Source of the DNA: Camelus dromedarius | Lineage: Eukaryota | NCBI RefSeq assembly: GCF_036321535.1 | Contig: NC_087436.1 | Location: 78,742,001-78,806,000, forward strand | Direction of reading: 5' to 3' | DNA length: 64,000 nucleotides | In this document: one piece after another, positions 34,800 to 48,625 of the stretch | Numbering within the stretch: the first letter of the stretch is position 1 | How the letters are laid out: every line of letters starts with the position of its first letter | Program-made: the position numbers and the translations under genes | Notes under the pieces: model-generated | What the model was told of the DNA's origin: nothing | The model's input: the letters and a program-made list of their open reading frames with translations, nothing else | The model's database searches: none

Positions 34800-36019
34800 T
34801 TTAGTTTTCATAGGTATTTCCAGATATCTTTCAAAAAATGTTGTAACAATCTGGACCACTGCCATCAATGTCTGAGAATATCAGCTTCTCTGTGCTCTAT
34901 CAAGACAGAATGTTATCATTGTTTTAAAATATTTTAAAGTTGCCAGTTTCATGCTTCCTTTCCATTTCCCTTACTACTATTTTTTTATTGGATAATTTTA
35001 GGAAGGGTTCATATATTAAGGATAATAATTCTATTGGATAATTTTTAGGAGATGTTCATATATTAGAGGGACATGATTGTAAATAAATAGGATCATATTT
35101 ATCTTTAAAAGTCTGTTTTTTACTGTTAATTTCTAAAAGGTGTAATAATAACATTGTGGTATAAATAAAAGAGTCCTCTGGGGTGATGGGACTATTCTGT
35201 ATCATGATTGTAATAATGGTTACATGAATCAACCCATGTGTTAAAATTCATGTAAATATAGACATCACAAAAGGCAATTTTACTGCATGTTAATTTAAAA
35301 ATTATAATTAAAGAGTCTTTATCTTTTAGAGATACATATTGAAATATTCACAGATGAAATGACACAATATCTAGTATTTCCTTCAAAATAATGTAGGAGG
35401 GAGGGAAATGGTGGGGAACAGATGAAAGATTAGCCATGAGCTAATAATTATTGAAACTAGGTTCGTATTTTTCTCCAGGGGTTCAGTATGTTCTCTTCTC
35501 TCTTTCTGTATTTGTTCAAAGATTTTCATTATAAAAAGTTAAAAATGAAGAGCATTTGTGAGCAAGAATAAAGTTCCCTCCTGCTTGCATGTTTAAAAGA
35601 AGCTTATTTCTGATTTCCAGACTGATGGCTCTCCTTAAGGGAAGGAACAGTCTACACAGGTGAAGTGACAGGGAAAATATATCATCTTCTGTATAATTTA
35701 TTCACATTTCATGATATGAAAAAGGATATTTTTGTGTGTATGATCCAGCAGGGCTCAGTACATTTAAAATTTTACCTTTGTATTAAATCAGAGTTAATAG
35801 CTACCATTTACTGAGTGCCTGCTTATGATGGTCATCAAAATAGTCCTTCAAATAAAATACCTTAGATTTTTACACCTCCCCTAGAAGATACTATTCCCAT
35901 TTCACAAAGGAAGAAACCAAGGCTTAGTGAAGAGAGGCTGTGTATCTAACATAGTGAAGTCGGAATGCAAATCCAGATCTGCTTCCAGAGACCTCACTCC
36001 TCCTTGCTGAGTAGTTGGA

Positions 36020-36462
36020 TTTCTGGACCAGAATCTGTTCCAAGCAGGATGCGTTTTACAGGTTCTGTGTGCCCATCCCCCACTCTGCCTGCTTCTGCTC
36101 TAACATCTTACACCTGGGACCTTCTTCAGGGGACTTTTAAGGACTACTGGGTTTGCTTTGCCCAAGCCCAGAGAGCCAAAAGTACGCAGAGTTTACATCC
36201 CCACAAACTGGCCTGAAGCCAGTGATTCACTGCGTACCAAGTTTCAACGCCCTGGCTTTGACTGAGACAATCTCTGTCTCAGAGTTCCCCTGGGAATCAG
36301 GTGCAAGCAGCATCGTCGTCTGAAATCATACCCTTACTCACCATCTCCCTCTGCCCTGTCCCACTTCCCCCACTCCCTCACTGGCTTCTCCAAGGAGTGT
36401 TTCCTTAATAAATCACTTGCTCATGAACCATTGTCTCAGGGGCTGCTTCTCCAGAACTCAAC
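36020..36462 (+). mobile_element. ERVL LTR (LTR16-like)
   Basis: ttccttaataaatcacttgc...tgtctcaggggctgcttct 3' terminus. Confidence 0.7.
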
Positions 36463-36986
36463 AATTTCTTTTTCCAATTTAGATGCAGGTTTGTTGCTAA
36501 TAATTTCTCACTCTAGGAAACATTTATGAGACGATGTACGTGTTTGTGTAGAGGTAAGTTCATACATACGTGTAAATTTCTGTATGCAATTCCCTCAGTG
36601 ACTGGAAATAGAAATGTCAAAGATGGAGGGACAGATAGTACCTGATGTGAAGGTCATATTTGCCCTCAGTAAGAAGCTAAAGAATGTGCTCTTTGCTGCC
36701 ACAGCGTCCGTGCAGGTACTCTGGTAGCGGAGCTGGATCAAAATGGGCTTCCAGATGGCCATCCAAGTATGTCTGCAGAACCAACACTGCATTAGCCCAT
36801 AAAGCTGGGATGAGGGTTGGGAAGAGGGCCTCTTAGTGTGGGTTGAAAATGAAAGAGAGAATGTTTTGAGTAGACTCAAAACCCCTTCCTCAAGGCTTCA
36901 AGAACAACAAATACAATATGTGCCAGTAAGCCCCTTGCTAGAAAGGACTGGAGAGCAGGTAATACATTTGCAGAGTGTAGCTCCAC

Positions 36987-37190
36987 TTTATTTACTTATC
37001 TTTTAAAAATTTTGGGTGAGGAGGTAATTAACTAACTAACTTTCTTCCTTTCTTTCTTTCTTTCTTTCTTCCTTCCTTCCTTTCTTCCTTCCTTCCTTCC
37101 TTTCTTAGTGGGGGCACTAGGGATTGAACCCAGGACCTCTTGCACACTAAGCACCCACTCTACCACTGGGCTCTACCCTGCTCCCTCCCA
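36987..37190 (-). mobile_element. Camelid SINE (Vic-1 type) with (CTTT)/(CCTT) expansion
   Basis: gggattgaacccaggacctc...actctaccactgggctctaccc. Confidence 0.85.
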
Positions 37191-37864
37191 ACATGTGGTT
37201 CTTTAGAATTCACAGATTGGCTCCATGACTTTCCAGCTGTGTGACTCTGGCAAATTACTTCATTCCTTTGAACCTCTATTTCTTATTCTGTAAAATGGGA
37301 CAATAATAATAAAAGACCTTGTCGTTGAAAGAATTGTCTTAGGTCCATAAATCATTGGAACATGATAAGAATTCAGTAAATGATTTTTGCTGTTAAGAGG
37401 GCTGCAAATTTCCTTCTTTGAGTGTCTTTAGTAATGACATTGGGGCCTGAGAGATTGCAATCTACAACTGTGTACGCTGGGGCAGGGAACATCTGTACTC
37501 TTTAGAAAGAAATATGACAAATCAAGCAGCAACCCCCACCCCAGACAAACTCCGTCTGGTCTTCCAAAGCAACACATTCTTACCTATGTTATAGTGCTTG
37601 ACCAGGGTATATTCTGATTTTTCTGTTAATGTGTCTCTCACCATCACCCGGAGGAGATCTCTTTGAAGGCCAGGAATCATTTTCATCATCATGTCCCCAG
37701 CATTTAACAGCTGAAGCAGTAGGTGCTCAGTAAACATTGGTTGTTCATGAAAGCAGAACCTTATCCCAGTAACTGGAATAAATCTGTAGGCAGAATTATT
37801 CTGACTCAAGCTAAAGATGAAAAGAATTTACATATAGATGTCCAAAGCAACTATAGTTGTCATA

Positions 37865-37990
37865 GAAAATAGAAAGAAAGAAAGATAGAAAGAAAGAAAG
37901 AAAGAAAAGAAAAGAAAAGAAAGGAAGGAAGGAAAGAAGAAGGAAAGAAAGAAAGAAAGAGGGAGGAAGGAAGGAAAGAAAAAGAAAAAT
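37865..37990. repeat. (GAAA)/(GGAA) purine-rich microsatellite
   Basis: Read directly. Confidence 0.95.
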
Positions 37991-40839
37991 GACTGTCCCA
38001 TAACAGGAGAATTTAAATAATTTAAAGTATATCTAATCAATTTAGATATTATGTAGCCACTAAAACTTAGAAAGTCTCTGTAGGAACATGGAAAAATAAT
38101 TATGATAAATTGTTAAATGAAAAAGAGAACATATTTTTATCTTAATGAGATTTCAACTCTGTAGAAGTTATATAAATGTATCTAAACAAAGACTAGCAGG
38201 GGGTGTAGATATACGAAATCAGGTTATTTTATTGTAGTGATGACATTATGGGTGAATTAAAAAAATTTTTTAGTTTTCCGTTAGTATAGCTACAATATTT
38301 GTGTGGAGGGGAAGTTAAATAGTGTTGTTAAATAAAAAAGAGTTGCTAATCGTTCACTTCAGAACTATCTCAGTTTTCATAGAACAATGGCCTCTCTTGG
38401 TCCCTTTCAGCCCAGGAGTCTGACATTTCCCTGCTCCAAGCACCACACTCAGATTCCCAGAACAGCTCAGAAGCAATTGCTTGTATGGAATGTCTATGCT
38501 GTCAAAACCCAGTAGAAAAATAGAGTTACAATAAGGCAGAATCAATACAAGTTGTGAAAAGGTTGACCCCTAACTCTAAAAATACTTTCTAAACATTTAC
38601 TGAATATCTACTAATATGCCAATCACTCCCCTAAATGCTGGGGATACAAAGGATGAACAGGAACAGAACAAAGTTCTTGCCTCAAGGGGATTCAAAGCCC
38701 CAGAGGCAAAAGAAACAGCAAATAAACAGCTACAGTATAATATGGTAATTGCCAAGTCACAGCATAGACTAGGTGCTGTGGGATGGTTAATTAGGGGCAA
38801 AAAGTAGGAACGACTTCAAACTGGCTGAAATCAAGGAGGGCTAATTGTAAGGATGTAGGGAAAAGTCATGGAACCCAAGGAGGAAGTGTATCCTGGATCC
38901 TCATGCTTCTGGAACCGTAGTGCCTAGATCTGAAATACCTTAGAAACCAGAGCAGCTAGTAGTCTCGCCATGTCTCTCTCTCTCCATCTCTACTTCTTTC
39001 TTTCCTTCTCAGGTAATGGGGTCTTTCATCTTCACTTCCCATGGCATATCCATTCTTCTCTCCCGACTCTCCCCATTGCTCTGTTTCCACGTGGCTCATC
39101 ATGGTTTCCCTCCGATGGTGTCAAGCTCTAGACTGCAAGATCTTCAGCTTCAACATTCATAGCTAATTAGAGTCATTGCGTCCCAATTCCAAATTCTTAA
39201 GAAAGAGAATGTGCTAGGTGAATCTTGAGTCAGGTCCAAATGTGGTTGAAGGGAGGGTCATGTAGCCTTCTGTCTACTTAGGAAGGGCCATGATCTACTG
39301 CCTTGCTTTAAAAAGGGGGCGTCATGAAAGCAGGCAAATTGACAAATGCATCCCCTTTGTCAGACAGCAAGAGACCAGGGATCTGACTAAGGGTGCTGTG
39401 GTCAATAAGGTGTTTTTGACTTGAGTTTTGGGGTGACAGTGAGGGGTTAGACTAGAATAGAGTGTAGATTTCAAATATCATTAGGAGGAAGAATCAATAA
39501 GCTTGACTGGATGATAGAAGGAGGGTTGTAAATTGAATCTCAGTCCATCACATAATTGCCTTAGCTCATCCTATTTATTAAGCAACCTTTTAAACTTCAC
39601 TGTCCTGGAAACTATCAGTTTTTCCCACAGACAAAACCAGAGAACTCCCAGCTATTTCAGCAATGATCTTTTGTGTTAATTGCCAACTCCAACTGCAACA
39701 AGAGCAGAGTTCCAGGGAACAGTCTGATTCCTCAGAGGAATCTGAGAACTCCATCTACAGTCCAAGCTGTTTGCTGCGTTCCAAGCCCACACGCACGCAC
39801 ACACGATCACACACACTCCAAGCACTTCCATGGAATGATGCAGAGCATTTTTGTCTGGCTGTATTTGTTTTATTTGTTTTGCATAATGTATGGAATAAAT
39901 TCACCATACTGTTGGCTGGAAGAATTACAGCCAGCATATGTGGTGTGTTATACTCTGTATATATGTAAACACAGCCCATTTATAAACACAGCGATTGTGT
40001 GCACATTTGTAGGTTTTTTTAAACAGAGGAACTGTCAGTTTACAAATCTTTATTTATGTTTTGCACATGGATCCTTTCCACTCCCACTGCCAATAGCCCA
40101 ATTCAGGACATCATCAACTCATCCTAAGTTACTGCAGCAGCCTCTTAACTGACCATTCTGTCCATGGCCACCAGATTTAGCATCTTAAAACACCACTGGC
40201 ATGATGATACTCTTTGTTCACAAACTCTCTGTGTTTCCCTATTACGTGCCAAATAAAGTCCAAAGTCAATGTCCTAGCACAAAGCGCCAAAAGAAGTTCG
40301 TACTTACCGACCGCCCAGTCTCCTGTGTTCTCCTCCATGCTTCAGCTAAACCGAACTGCTTTACTGCTAGATTCCAAAATACACATGGAGCTTTTCAATC
40401 ATATGTATTTTTTCTTCTGCCTGGAATAACTACTATCTTTTTCCCTCTTCTCCAATGATCAAGCTGATTCCATTTCTTCCACTGCGTCTTTGCTAATAAA
40501 CCCAGGGGGAAGTGATTGTGCCTTCCTCTGCACCTCCAAAATATTTAGCATGTATATTTTCCTCTGTCATATATATATATACTTGTGCATCTCTCTCTCC
40601 TTCTGGATGGCGCTACGTGGCTCCTCCAGGCGCTCTGTCTCTGCACGTGCTGTGATTCTTTCACCCACCTGCCTAGCCCGCTCCTGTATCAGCCAGTTGC
40701 TTCAAACAACAGAAACCAAGCTTTGCTCTCCTTCAGGAGTTTGTTGGAAGGGTTTTGGGAACTCAGAAAATAATAGGAAGCTAGAGGACCAAGATTAGAA
40801 TGCAGACTTTTCCCATGGTCCACGTAGTGTGTTAAAGGT

Positions 40840-41280
40840 GGCAGCATTTTTGTTGTTGTTGTTGTCACTTTTGACACTGAGAGGTGGGATCTGTTTCTCC
40901 ACTGCTCTGCACATGGGCTAGACCTGTGATTTCTCTGATCAACAGAATACAGCAAAAGTGATGCTGCCCCATTTCTGGGACTGTCAGCTTCTTTGCCTCT
41001 CTTGGAACCCAGCCTCCATGCTGTGAGGGAGCCGCTTGCAGGGGTCCATGTGGAAGAGAATCAAGGCCCCTGGAGGCCAGCCCCAGCTATAGGAGGAGGC
41101 CAGCCTGGGAGTAGTCTTCAGTCCCAGTCAAGCTGTGCCAGCAGATGGGATATGCAGCAAAGATGAAGTGTCCTAGCCTTATCCTGACCTGATATCAACA
41201 CTATGAGCAAATGAATGGTTCTTGTTTTAAACCACTGTGTTTTGAGATAATTTGTTACTCAGGAATGTATAACTGAAACA
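40840..41280 (+). mobile_element. MaLR LTR (MLT1H-like)
   Basis: tgatcaacagaatacagcaaaagtgatgctg...ggaacccagcctccatgctgtgagg...ttaaaccactgtgttttg...ataactgaaaca. Confidence 0.8.
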
Positions 41281-42377
41281 AGCCCCAAAGTTGAGCCTGC
41301 TTCTCTCCGAGAGGTAAAGGAGAGACCTCTTGCCTCTGGGGCAACAAGGAGAAATTTGCTCTTCTTATTTCTAATTCCTTCTTGAGTTGTATCAGAGAAC
41401 TCAGGAGGTTAAGTGTCATCGTTAAGTGTCTCACCCTAAAGAGTTCCCTTTCTTCAACAACTGACCGCTGCTTCAAGAGAGACCCCAGGACCTTTAGCAT
41501 TGCCCACCCCCTCCCTGTGCCAGGTAATCTCTCTAAACATCTAAGGCATTTCCCAAGAGAGTTAGGGCAGCCTTGAAGACCCCTTCTTTGTAGCTTCTTG
41601 GAGCCCAATTAGCAGTCCTCCAAATCTTTGGTTTCTTTTGTTTTGTTTTGTTTTTTGCAAAAGAGTCATCAGATCTCTGTCAAATTAGGACTCCACTTAG
41701 GTGCCCTGTAGACAGGGCTGGCCGCCTCCAAGGCCTGCATCTTAGCTGTATTTGCATGATATGCAAAGTACCTTACTAATCCCAGGCAAGCTTCTGAAAT
41801 TCTCATTAGCCCCTAGTGAAGAGACTTGATAACCTTCCCTTGGTTTTTGCTATCTGCCCCCACCCCCACCCTTCAATGCCTTCTGCTGGATGCTTCAGCT
41901 ATCTCTTTTGAATCTCACTCGAGCATCTTAAGTCCGGAGCTCTCTTCTGCTTCAGCTCCTCCCAGCATGTAATTTCCTCTTCCATTGCTGAAGGGCTGCA
42001 GCAGGATATGCATTATCAGAGCATCGTTGGTTGCACAGAACCCCAGGGAAACCATTTAGATCACTCCCCTGCCTTCGGGTAGGAGTACGTGCACACTAGA
42101 GTGGTAGCAAATAATTTAGCACATAAAAATAACTCAGGAAATGCTTAACTTTCTATTAGACATCTGAGATTTTCTTGCAACCCTCAATCTTCCACCCTAA
42201 ATCTAAATCCTCCAGGGATGGGACTGAAGCACTTAAAAACTCCGGCAAGTGGTCTGGGTCCTCTGCAAACCTGGGCCTCGGACCAACACTGAGGTAGGCA
42301 CATGCTCATCTGAAATAGGGGAGAGGTGGCCTTAAGAGTCTTGATTCAATTCTCTCTACTAAGAGTCCTTTTAAGTA

Positions 42378-42500
42378 AGGCAACCAATCATCCAAACTGG
42401 GACATTTTTAAGGGTAAAAGGATTTGCTGTTGGTGATTATGTCACGGCAACAGTTACAAACTGGGACTGTCTGAGGCAAACTCGGATGTATAGTCACCCC
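42378..42500. mobile_element. hAT-Blackjack MITE (MER81/MER94-like)
   Basis: aggcaaccaatcatcc...aaactgggactgtc...tatagtcaccc termini. Confidence 0.65.
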
Positions 42501-42614
42501 ATGTTTGGGCGGAGCTAAGAACGTGGGGGGCGGGAGGAGGGGTGAGGCAGGACAGAGGTAAGAAGGAAAACGTGTCCTAAAATGTATCTTTCATGTCCTT
42601 TGGAGCTTTGAGAC

Positions 42615-42782
42615 CAATGGTTCTCACATTAAAATTGCCCAAGGAGCTTTTAAAAAAAATCAACCTCCAAGCCCCAGCCTAGACCGATTGTGTCAGAACC
42701 TCTGCGTGTGACTATCAGGCATCAACATGTCTCCTATGTCCCCAGGTGATTTTAACTCACCGGCAAGATTGAGAACCCTGCT
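42615..42782. mobile_element. MER5-like fragment
   Basis: caatggttctca...ccccaggtgattttaa...ttgagaaccctg TIRs. Confidence 0.7.
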
Positions 42783-42879
42783 CGGGACCTTTGGTGAGTA
42801 CGTCAACTCACGTAGGTGCAGGCTGAGTGGTCCCTCGGGAGCCAAAAGACTCAAAACACACCTGCAAAGTTTGACACAA

Positions 42880-43410
42880 TATTTAGGTTGTAGTCAGTTG
42901 CAAAGAACAGAAAACCCTAGTAATCAATAAGGAGATTGACTACTTCATATAAATGAAGGACTAAAGTAGGCTGGGTGTCAGCTTGGCTAATGCAGTGCCT
43001 CTACAACATCATCAAGGTCTTATATTCTTTTGCTTTTTCCTGCTGTCATCCTGACTTGCTGGCTTTCTCCTGGCTTTCCAGTTCCCTGCATAGTCAGGAG
43101 ATGGCTTCCACGGTTCTAGGCATCAAAGTCAGGCGTAAGTCTCGAAAGACTGTCTCATCCTTGTGTCTTTCTAAGATCTAGAAGACTTTCCTAGAAGCTC
43201 CCAGCAGACCTCGTCCCCTGCTGCATTAACCAGAACTGCCTGAAAACAATCACTGGCAAAGAGAATGAAGTCACCGTGATTGGCTGGGTAGCTCAGGGCT
43301 TACCGCTGGGCCGGGTAAGGGTTTCCTTCCCAGAGGGAAGGACATTCGGTAAATCAGAGTCCAGCTGGCAAGGAAGGGAGTGTGTGTAGGAACCAACAGT
43401 GTCTGTGGCA
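42880..43410 (-). mobile_element. Old MaLR LTR (MLT1K/L-like)
   Basis: gttgcaaagaacagaaaccc...ttcctagaagctcccagcagac...caatcactggcaaagagaatg...caacagtgtctg. Confidence 0.6.
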
Positions 43411-46400
43411 CCTAACAGCACCCCGAATCAGGAGCATCTGCAGCACGCCCAGTCAGGTTGGTCTGTGGATGGAAATACCCACCCTGATGAGCTTGTTTTG
43501 TGGATCAAATGAGACAGTGTAAGCAAGAAGGTTATACATTAAGTACTATTTTAAAATACGTGTTTTTTAGAATTTCATTTTACAGAAGGAAAAGCTAAGG
43601 CACTGGAAAATGAAATGCCAGGATCAGGTTTACCCAAGCAGTCCTGGTCGGAAGCCATCTGACGTGCTGGCTTGAGGTCTCCACAGGTGACCTGTCTGCA
43701 AGGACTTCCCACCCTCCTGCTTCCGGCAGCTCAGCCACAGGATCTTTCAGAAGAGGCATAAGAACGAGATACAATGTAAATAGAAGACAGAAATTGAATA
43801 GGAGTTTTCTGGAAGAATATTGTTTATAATGTGTGGGGGGAAGAACGGAGGGAGGATTTGCTATGGTCAGGAGAGGAAGAAAAACTTCAGTGGGGGTGAA
43901 ATAAAAACCAAATGGAGACCCAGAAAAGATACACAGATGTCGAAAGAACCCCTGGCAGGAGGAGTCTGGGAAGTAGCACACTATTGCCTAATATCTGTCA
44001 GGCTTGCAAAGGGTTCATTGCTTGTGATGTTACAAGATGGTTTTTTTCCTCATTCTTAGAAGCTGGTCTGTCAAAACACAGATGTTGTGTTAGGCTGCTC
44101 TGCCGTCTATAGGGCAGCTTGGCACCTTACGTTAAAGACCTCAACCACTTGGGGAGTCTTTGAGGAGAGAGGACAGGGGACTGAGATGTGCGTGAAGCTG
44201 AGCTTCTTTTCTCTCGAGTCATTTGGGAAATAATTAACTTAGCTCTTCGAAAACGTGTGTATTGCTTCTCCTCCCCCGGCTCCATCCCTTCTTAAAAAAA
44301 TCTTCGCTCCAGCCTAAGTAGTTTTTTGGTGTTCTTGGTGTGGGCGTAATAATATGTTTGAGAATTTTGAAATCCAGACCACAAAGCAAAATGTTCTGTG
44401 GTTAAGCCACAGTCCCAGTGGGATAGTGTCATTGAGAACACCACTGACCAAACAACCATATACACCAGTATTTACTTTCTGGTGGTATCTTGTTCTGCCA
44501 TCTCTAGATTCTAATTTAGGTTTGGAATAGTAAGCCAGGACCAATATTACAGAGGAAATATCCAGAGTTAAGCAACCGACGTATTCTTGGTTAATGTGTC
44601 CAAATAAGCAAGGCTGCTCTTGAATAAAATTACAAAGATGATGATGTCCCTTGGGGCGGGCCCATCCCACTCTTCCTCTGCATGTCTCTATCCCCTGCTG
44701 CCTTTCTCACCTACTAAGGAAATAATGAGAGTTCTCCAACACTAGCCTCCCAGAATCCTTCCCACTGCTGCACCCTTCCCACTGGTCTCTTCCCCTGGTT
44801 CAAAAATTATCACAAGCACCCCCACCCCCACCTCTCAGTACATTTTCAGCGTGGCTGGTCCACACTGGGTGTTAGGAGAAGGGGGTGGAGTAAATCAACT
44901 TAAGACACGAGTGAGTGAAGATATTTACATTTTAAATGAGATACTTTTAACCCAAATGGCTCTGTAATTGGTGGAACTTTAGGCGGTGACAAAAAGCAGT
45001 AAAAGTGAAGACTTTCAGGCAGTGACAAAGAAAAGAGAGGTGAAGGAAATCTGGGGATCTCTTTGATGTTATCCATAGAGGCCACGACAAAACTAAGGTA
45101 CTTCACATCAGCTCGATAATCACACCACCTCATCTGGGAGAGAAGCAGGGAGGGAAGCCAGGAGAAGCTGCTTTTCTAAAATCATGAGATGCCTCCCCTT
45201 TGCCTTGGATTTTGCCTCCTACTTCCCTCTTTTTATGTCAGCGGTCATGGTTGTCAGTGAGCTATCTCCCTGGTCAGTCCAGCATGGGTTTACAATTGCA
45301 CAAACTATGATAAAGGAAGCACATATCCCAGGATACCTTCTCCTAGAAGCAGTGTTTCTAAGATATCAGACTTTGGACCAATATGTTCATAGGGATCTAG
45401 TTTATAGGCAGAGTTTTGAAAAAAGCAAGCCCGGATAAGATTGGTAAAAAGTGACAATAATAATGAAATATCTGCGGGCTCCAATTCTTTGGTCCCTGGG
45501 GATGCCCTGATGAGACGTCCTCAAAAGAAGGTATAGATTCCTTAGTTAAGCCTGATGAGCCTCTTGTGGTAAATATCAAAAGTGGTTAAGGAATGATAAC
45601 CCTGAACAAAACAGGGAACTATGAGGTTCCACGACTGACCATTCCTCTCTTAATATAGGTGTATAGGCACTCCGTATCTTGGTTCTTCCACAAAAACGAA
45701 ACTTTGTGCTTGGTTGTCTAAAGGTTAGGGGGAAAAATCTAATGTCTATCAATAGGGAACTTGTCAAATAAACAACAGTATGTCTACACAGTGAAGTATT
45801 AGACAGCTATCAAAACAGACGAGGAAGCTATCTATCTGCTGGCACAGGAATAACTCCCACAGAGACTGACTGTATAAAAGTGTAAGAAGGGGCAACACAG
45901 GGAAGCACTTATTCACACTTGCTGTATTTGCTTAAATAAATCATAATTAGCTGGTTACTTACACAGAGAAGGGGGCAGTGAAAGAAATGGGAACAGGAGT
46001 GGGAGCCAGACTCATCACCATTTTATATTGTTGAGACTTCTGAGTCATGAAAATGGATTACTTATTCAAACACTACTGTGATTAGAATTTGGACTATTTT
46101 CAAAGTGGTATATTATTCTCCAGTGAAGTAGCTTGAACATGGATGATGTCCTCCATGGGACGGAGCAGGAAACAGAGCCTCCACGTGATTTGGCTCAGGT
46201 CCCACCTCTGCCATTCTTTGCTCTTGTGCAAGCTGTTTTTTTAATCCTGTCTGTAAAGCTGGAATAATAATAGAATTGAAATGATGAATGCGGAGTGGCA
46301 GGAGAGAACTCAGTAAACATTCGCTATTATCAGATAGATGGTCAGTGGCTGAGATACCAGAACTCAGGTCTCCTGACTCCTAGTCCAGTGTGTGTTTCAC

Positions 46401-48172
46401 CAGGAGCTCTATAGGATAGTGGCTGATCTTTGCTGTTCGAATACTTAGAGATTTCTTGGAAGGAAGGCATCTTCTAAGAGGTAAGAACAAATTGGTATTA
46501 ATAAAAGAAAAGCCTCTGAAATGAATGAATTTTCCCTCTGAAAGTTGTTCTTCCTTCTGGTCACTGTAACACTTTAAAACTTAGCATTAATGCATGAATC
46601 AATTTGATGTTTGAGGTTTGATTTAAGATCATATAGGCATAGAAGAAGTAGGTGGGGGTGTAGATGAAACAATTGACCGTGAGCTGAAAACTGTTGGAAG
46701 CTGGAAAATGCCTCATCTGCCTTGCCAATTGTACTTGTGCTGCTTTAAGTGGTAATTTCACTTAATGGAGAGATCTCCACTTTATTTATATGCATATGTG
46801 AAATAGCAAACAAAGAAACAACAAAAAGAGAAAAAGACAAAATTTCCTGTGAGTGTCCCGGGGCTTTATACAGAACCTCCTCCAGTTCTCAGGTTGGGCA
46901 GATGATATCAAGCCCTGGCTCTTCAATAAGGCCCCTCCCCCTTACCCTTCTGCAGAACAGCAGCCCCTGTGACTCTGCTTTGTTTTCCTTCTCGGTGATT
47001 ATAAAGGCGTTGCATTTTACATTTGCTTATTTGCTGTCCTCCTCTGTCGCTCAAGTGTAAGCTCTTTGAGAACCAGACCTTTAGACTCTTTGGACCTAAA
47101 ATATTGACTGGCTCCTAGTAGATATGTAATAAATATTCATTAAGTGAATATTTTTGCTCCTGTTAGTGTATGATGGGAAATCACTTAAATGTATCAAAAT
47201 GTGGGAACAGTTAAATAAGTTTGGTATAGCTGTGTGGTAGGAGAGTATGCAAATTATGATGCGATGCCAAGTTTCCAAAGCAGCACATGTTGGTGGCGGG
47301 TGTTAATTATGCCAGAGACCTCTAGGTCTGCAGGAGGAGACACCAGCCTCCTGACACACACTTTCCTTTCTAAGGGAAGAATTAGGGAATAGTCATTAAG
47401 TTGTCCTGGAATGGAAGAAGGCACTTAGGCACCTGAAGCCTGAGGGGAGGACAGCGTATTTTCTGGGGCTGAGCCAAGCTATCTGTCCCAGAGCTTCTCA
47501 GCACAAATGGTTCTTGGGAGGAAGTGCTCTCATTTGCATAAGGAGCCCAGAGGCCTTGTGAGGGGAAGTGACTGAGAGTCCAATAGCTAACTCCTGAAAC
47601 TCAAAGTGAGACAACTCTGTTGGGGTGGATGGGGAGGGCCCTGACGAGGTTCCTGGTCGGCATACGGCAGATGGTCTTTTGTCATAAAATTACCTTGAGG
47701 GCGGAAAGAGATAGGACCAGGAGTCTGTTGTATCCTCAGACAACTCACTTCGGGGACCATTCTAGGCTTGTGAACGTGGAAACATGAGTCTGTGCCAGGG
47801 CAGCGCCTCGGGAGGCCGGCCCATGCCAAGGAAGTGGCTGTGTGAACGTGGGCCTTATAAACGGTCAATCTGGTGGCCAACTCTTAGGCCACGCTTAACA
47901 CTCCAAAGTGGCTAAATCCAGGCCATAGTCTCTGTGACTCTAGGGAGACTGGATATTATTATCTTCCCTGGGCCCTGGGTGATGTCAGAAGCACCCCCAG
48001 CCCCACCTCCATGAGTAAGCAGACATTCCTCAGGGTGGGGGTATGGAAGGAAGCCACACTGGACTTCCTGTGAACCTTGGTAAGAGAGGACAGACACTTC
48101 TCTTTGGGATAGCACAGGCTGGAGGGATAGTGGTCTATCTCATTCTGCAGAGTTAGATGTCTTCATCACGTG

Positions 48173-48625
48173 CTCTACTGGGCTAAATGGTGTCCCTCAG
48201 ATATTCATGTCCACCTAGAACCTCAGAATGTGACTTTATTTGGAAATAAGATATTTGCAAAAGTAATAGTTAGAAAGAGGGCATACTGGACAAGGTTAGG
48301 CCCTAAATCCAGTGACTGGTGTTCTTAGAAGAAGGCCATGTGAACATATAGAGACACAGACACACAGAGAGGAAGGTCATGTGAAGACAGAGGCAGAGTG
48401 CAGAGTGATGCTGCCATAAGCCAAGGAAGACAAAGATGGCTGGCACCCACCTGAAGCTAGAAGAGGCAAGGGAGGACCCACCCCGAGGGTCTTGAAAGGG
48501 AGTATTGCCCTGCCAATATCTTAATTCTAGGTTTCTTGCCTGGAAACTGTGAGAGAATATGATTCTGTTGCTCTAAGACATCCAGTTTATGGGACTTTGT
48601 TATGACAGCCTAGGAAATTAACACA
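48173..48625 (+). mobile_element. MaLR solo LTR (MLT1C-like)
   Basis: attcatgtccacctagaacctcagaatgtgactttatttggaaata...gaagctagaagaggcaagg...cagcctaggaaattaacaca. Confidence 0.9.
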
